Shown here one piece after another: positions 61,093 through 64,000 of a stretch of DNA of 64,000 nt (position 1 is the first letter of the stretch; the number at the start of each line of letters is the position of its first letter). The stretch spans positions 20,424 through 84,423 of the forward strand of contig NIVC01002391.1 of NCBI GenBank assembly GCA_002269645.1. Direction: 5' to 3'. The notes beneath the pieces were generated by a model. It was not told the DNA's origin. It searched no databases and saw nothing but the letters and a program-made list of their open reading frames with translations. Position numbers and translations under genes: made by a program. Source of the stretch: Macrostomum lignano. Lineage: Eukaryota.

Positions 61093-62603
61093 TGATCAAA
61101 CAACGTTTTCTATCCTTTGTCGCCAGAGGCTGAGAAGCTCAGCGGTAAGCGCGTCTGGCTCTCGCGCCACGACCCCTGGTGCGATTCCGTGCGCAAGCAC
61201 TATTCATTGGGGCTTGAGCACTAAATTTCACTCCAAATGATTAAATGTTAAAGGTGCGATTCACACCTATGAGGGCCAACCCCATTGTTTAGAGAGTGTA
61301 CATGCCTAACGACTATAGAAGGTCTAGGTCTGATGCACACACTGCTGTGTACAGTATTGGCGCTTGTAAGTGCTAAGAAGTCCGCGGAATGGGGCAGAAT
61401 TACCTCAGCGCTGGTTGCGCAAGTGTAGAATAAGGAGGGACAACAGAATTGTCAGGCAAATTACAAAAAAATCTATAGATACTCACACAGTTGCGACGGT
61501 GTCAGGTGTGTCGGTACAGAGCTGGTGGTTGGAATTCTATACTGCTATAGTAAAGCCTGAAGTCCAATATTAGCAGCGGCAGCAGCAATTTATGAATGCC
61601 AAGGTGCTGTGGGCTCGTACTGTGTAACAAATAGAATTACTTAGCAGAGGCAACGAATCGAAAAGCATTTAGGCACAATTTATTTAAGCTCGTATGTTGC
61701 AAATCTGCTTTTGTGTTTGCCAGAAAAGAAATAGCCATGTGAGTGAGAGAGAACCGGTCTAAAATATGCAGCACCAACCCCACCTTTATGCCTCAGACTT
61801 CTGGCTAATAAGGACCCCCCCCCCAATGCCAGGTGTCCCCGTATAGCCCTCCCTCTCGTGTCACACCCAACCGACACTCTGCCCGTACAGAGTTTCAATA
61901 TATATCGCAGAGATTGCAGCAAGACTTACAAATTCGAAACCCCCCCCAGCAGTTGTGAAGCCTACCCGCCCTCTCTGCCCGGCCTGCTGCTCGAGGCTTT
62001 CTGTACGCTTAATAGCTTCACACAGAAGCTTATAGAATGCCATCAGCCAATTACTGTCCTGGTGCGCAGTGTACAGCACTGGGCGTCTGTCCGCACTGTC
62101 GTCTTCTGTTGGCCCACTCAAGCGTGGCCTTTTTTCTTCTGTAATTCGATATGTACTTCCAACTAACACGCGCTTCCATCGCACTGAGATGACCCCGAGA
62201 CGAGTTGCGTACATATCATGACTATGAAGGTGATGATAGCAACTTGATAGCTGCATTTTTATACACAAATAGGAATAAGTCCCTACGTTGTTCGGCAAGG
62301 GGTCTTCAAAGACTCTCTTATTTACCTTAGTCGTCCATGAGTCTCTTAACGATCTGATACCTGATAGCAGCTGGTAAAATGAATTGAAAGAAGGCAAGAT
62401 TTTGTCCCAGATTAGTAAAAATGAAGCTTCATACCAGGGACAACTTAAACTTAAAGTTAAAGTTGCCCCTGCTCCATACAGGAAGACAGGACAGCGGCAA
62501 AACATTTATCTATGTTGGATAGATTACTAGACTAGAGGATTGCTGTGAGGGATGCGTCTACAGTCTTTAAAACCCAATCCGCACTGCTTGATCCCTGCTT
62601 CCG

Positions 62604-62760
62604 TTAGGCTTTTTTCTCGGTTAAGCCCTGAAAATATCTGCCTGAATAAATTCTCTCAATGGATTCGCTGGGCGCTGACTGACTGATTGCATTTTTCGGT
62701 AGGTTTTTTACCAGACGTATCCAGGGAACTCCAGAGACATTGAAAAGACACTCTACCATA
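62604..62760 (-). pseudogene. Possible relic of a hAT transposase C-terminal dimerisation domain
   Basis: PWIRLVKNLPKNAISQSAPSESIERIYS...LTEKK loosely resembles the hAT (PF05699) motif LAIPASSASxERxFS. Judged by eye only. Confidence 0.3.
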
Positions 62761-63009
62761 AAAAACTCTAAATTCGTTTCCATATCTTTAGCGTTCCCCC
62801 GACGTAGCATTTGAGTAACTATTTACAGGAGCAATAGGAGTGAGTTTCTGGATTTGTCCTCTTATTTCAATTCTGTTGGGAGCCCAAGGGAAAATTAGCA
62901 GCGTGTTAAAACAATTTTTTTAAAAAATATATTAGAGAATAACGCTTTGAAATTGCGTTAGGAGCCGGCCATTCTGGTGGACTCCGTAAGAGTCGGATGT
63001 CAAAAGAAA

Positions 63010-63475
63010 GCAACTAGATGTCAGCGGTGAGAAATTGGATGTCAGATGCGAGAATGTGGGTGTCAGAGGCGAGAAATTGATGTCAGAGGCGAGAAATTGA
63101 TGTCAGAGGCGAGAAATTGGTGTCAGAGGCGAGAAATTAGATGTCAGAGGCGAGAAATTGATGTCAGAGGCGAGAAATTGATGTCAGAGGCGAGAAATTG
63201 ATGTCAGAGGCGAGAAATTGATGTCAGAGGCGAGAAATTAGATTTCAGAGGCAAGAAATTGATGTCAAGCAAGAAATTAGATTTCAGAGGCAAGAAATTG
63301 ATGTCAGGCAAGAAATTAGATTTCAGAGGCAAGAAATTGATGTCAGGCAAGAAATTAGATGTCAGAGGCAAGAAATTAGATGTCAGGCAAGAAATTAGAT
63401 GTCAGAGGCAAGAAATTGATGTCAGAGGCGAGAAATTGATGTCAGGCAAGAAATTAGATGTCAGAGGCGACTTAA
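63010..63475. repeat. ~20-bp minisatellite
   Basis: Repeated gatgtcagaggc(g/a)agaaatt units. Confidence 0.95.
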
Positions 63476-64000
63476 CTCACTTGACATAGCTGCAGGGTGG
63501 TCCGAGAACTCAGTCAGAGACAGTTAATGAGGTCCCGGTGGGCCTGCCTGCAGCGTGATCTAGAGAAGAGAGACTTATCTGGTTGCGTTGGTGTCTGGAC
63601 GTTTGTTTTTTTCCTGTTTGATTTGTTTTACTGATATCAAAGTGTCAATTCCAGTTAGTGTGCCATCTATTGGTAGACGTTTCAGCAAATGTCTTCAATG
63701 TCTGCACAAGAAGGATATACTGTGGAGAGTACAGAATGTGCAGATGTCATTCCCGCACTCGTGACTGTGAAGGAATACCATTGTTGGATGAGTCATCGTG
63801 CTGGAATGCACAAAACCGTGCAGGAATGCATTTCTTTGCCTAATGCTTTTTCAGTGAGATTTTACCATAGACATCCATTCCTGCACGCAAGCGTACAAGA
63901 ATACCATTCCTTCGCGGAGAATCAGCCAACAATTATTACGCGCACGAATTCTTAAATTGGTTGCCCACAGACCCCCCCTTTTGGGCCATAGACGATTTAA

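Noticed and set aside
61861-62505. 214-aa minus-strand ORF
   Set aside because: No recognisable domain, atypical composition compared with the real exons, and no clear splice or start context. It is left unannotated rather than excluded.
63658-63955. Cys/His-rich ORFs resembling a piggyBac C-terminal domain
   Set aside because: Cysteine spacing is not convincing and the region is cut by the window end.

Overview
Eukaryotic (metazoan) genomic DNA with GC-rich exons, GT-AG introns filled with minisatellites, and many transposon relics. The style suggests a free-living flatworm such as Macrostomum; this is inference, not checked. Protein genes: two convergent RPA1 (RPA70) paralogs (4757-8718 +, 12615-18450 -); two paralogs of a TPR-like protein with a C-terminal HPD-motif J-like domain (29092-30554 -, 43314-47539 -); a PLAC8-family gene (32524-41160 -); an HP1/CBX gene (49358-50014 -); and a core-2/I-branching GlcNAc transferase with one frameshift (58689-60124 -). 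Mobile DNA includes a full-length LOA-type LINE (34844-40739 -, 13-bp TSD) nested in a MITE inside the PLAC8 intron, a 5'-truncated RTE-type LINE, an LTR fragment with a tRNA-Leu PBS, a tRNA-derived SINE, and several hAT, Harbinger, Tc1 and CMC-like non-autonomous elements. Top finding: the LOA element's first nucleotide coincides with G1 of a complete HDV-like ribozyme fold (40495-40739 -) with a non-canonical, compensated P1.1 pair. It lies on the sense strand of the host gene's intron. Second: the two RPA1 copies look homogenised (gene-conversion-like) from the end of exon 1 to exactly the stop codon, while the N-terminal domain has diverged. All sequence comparisons and folds were done by eye.
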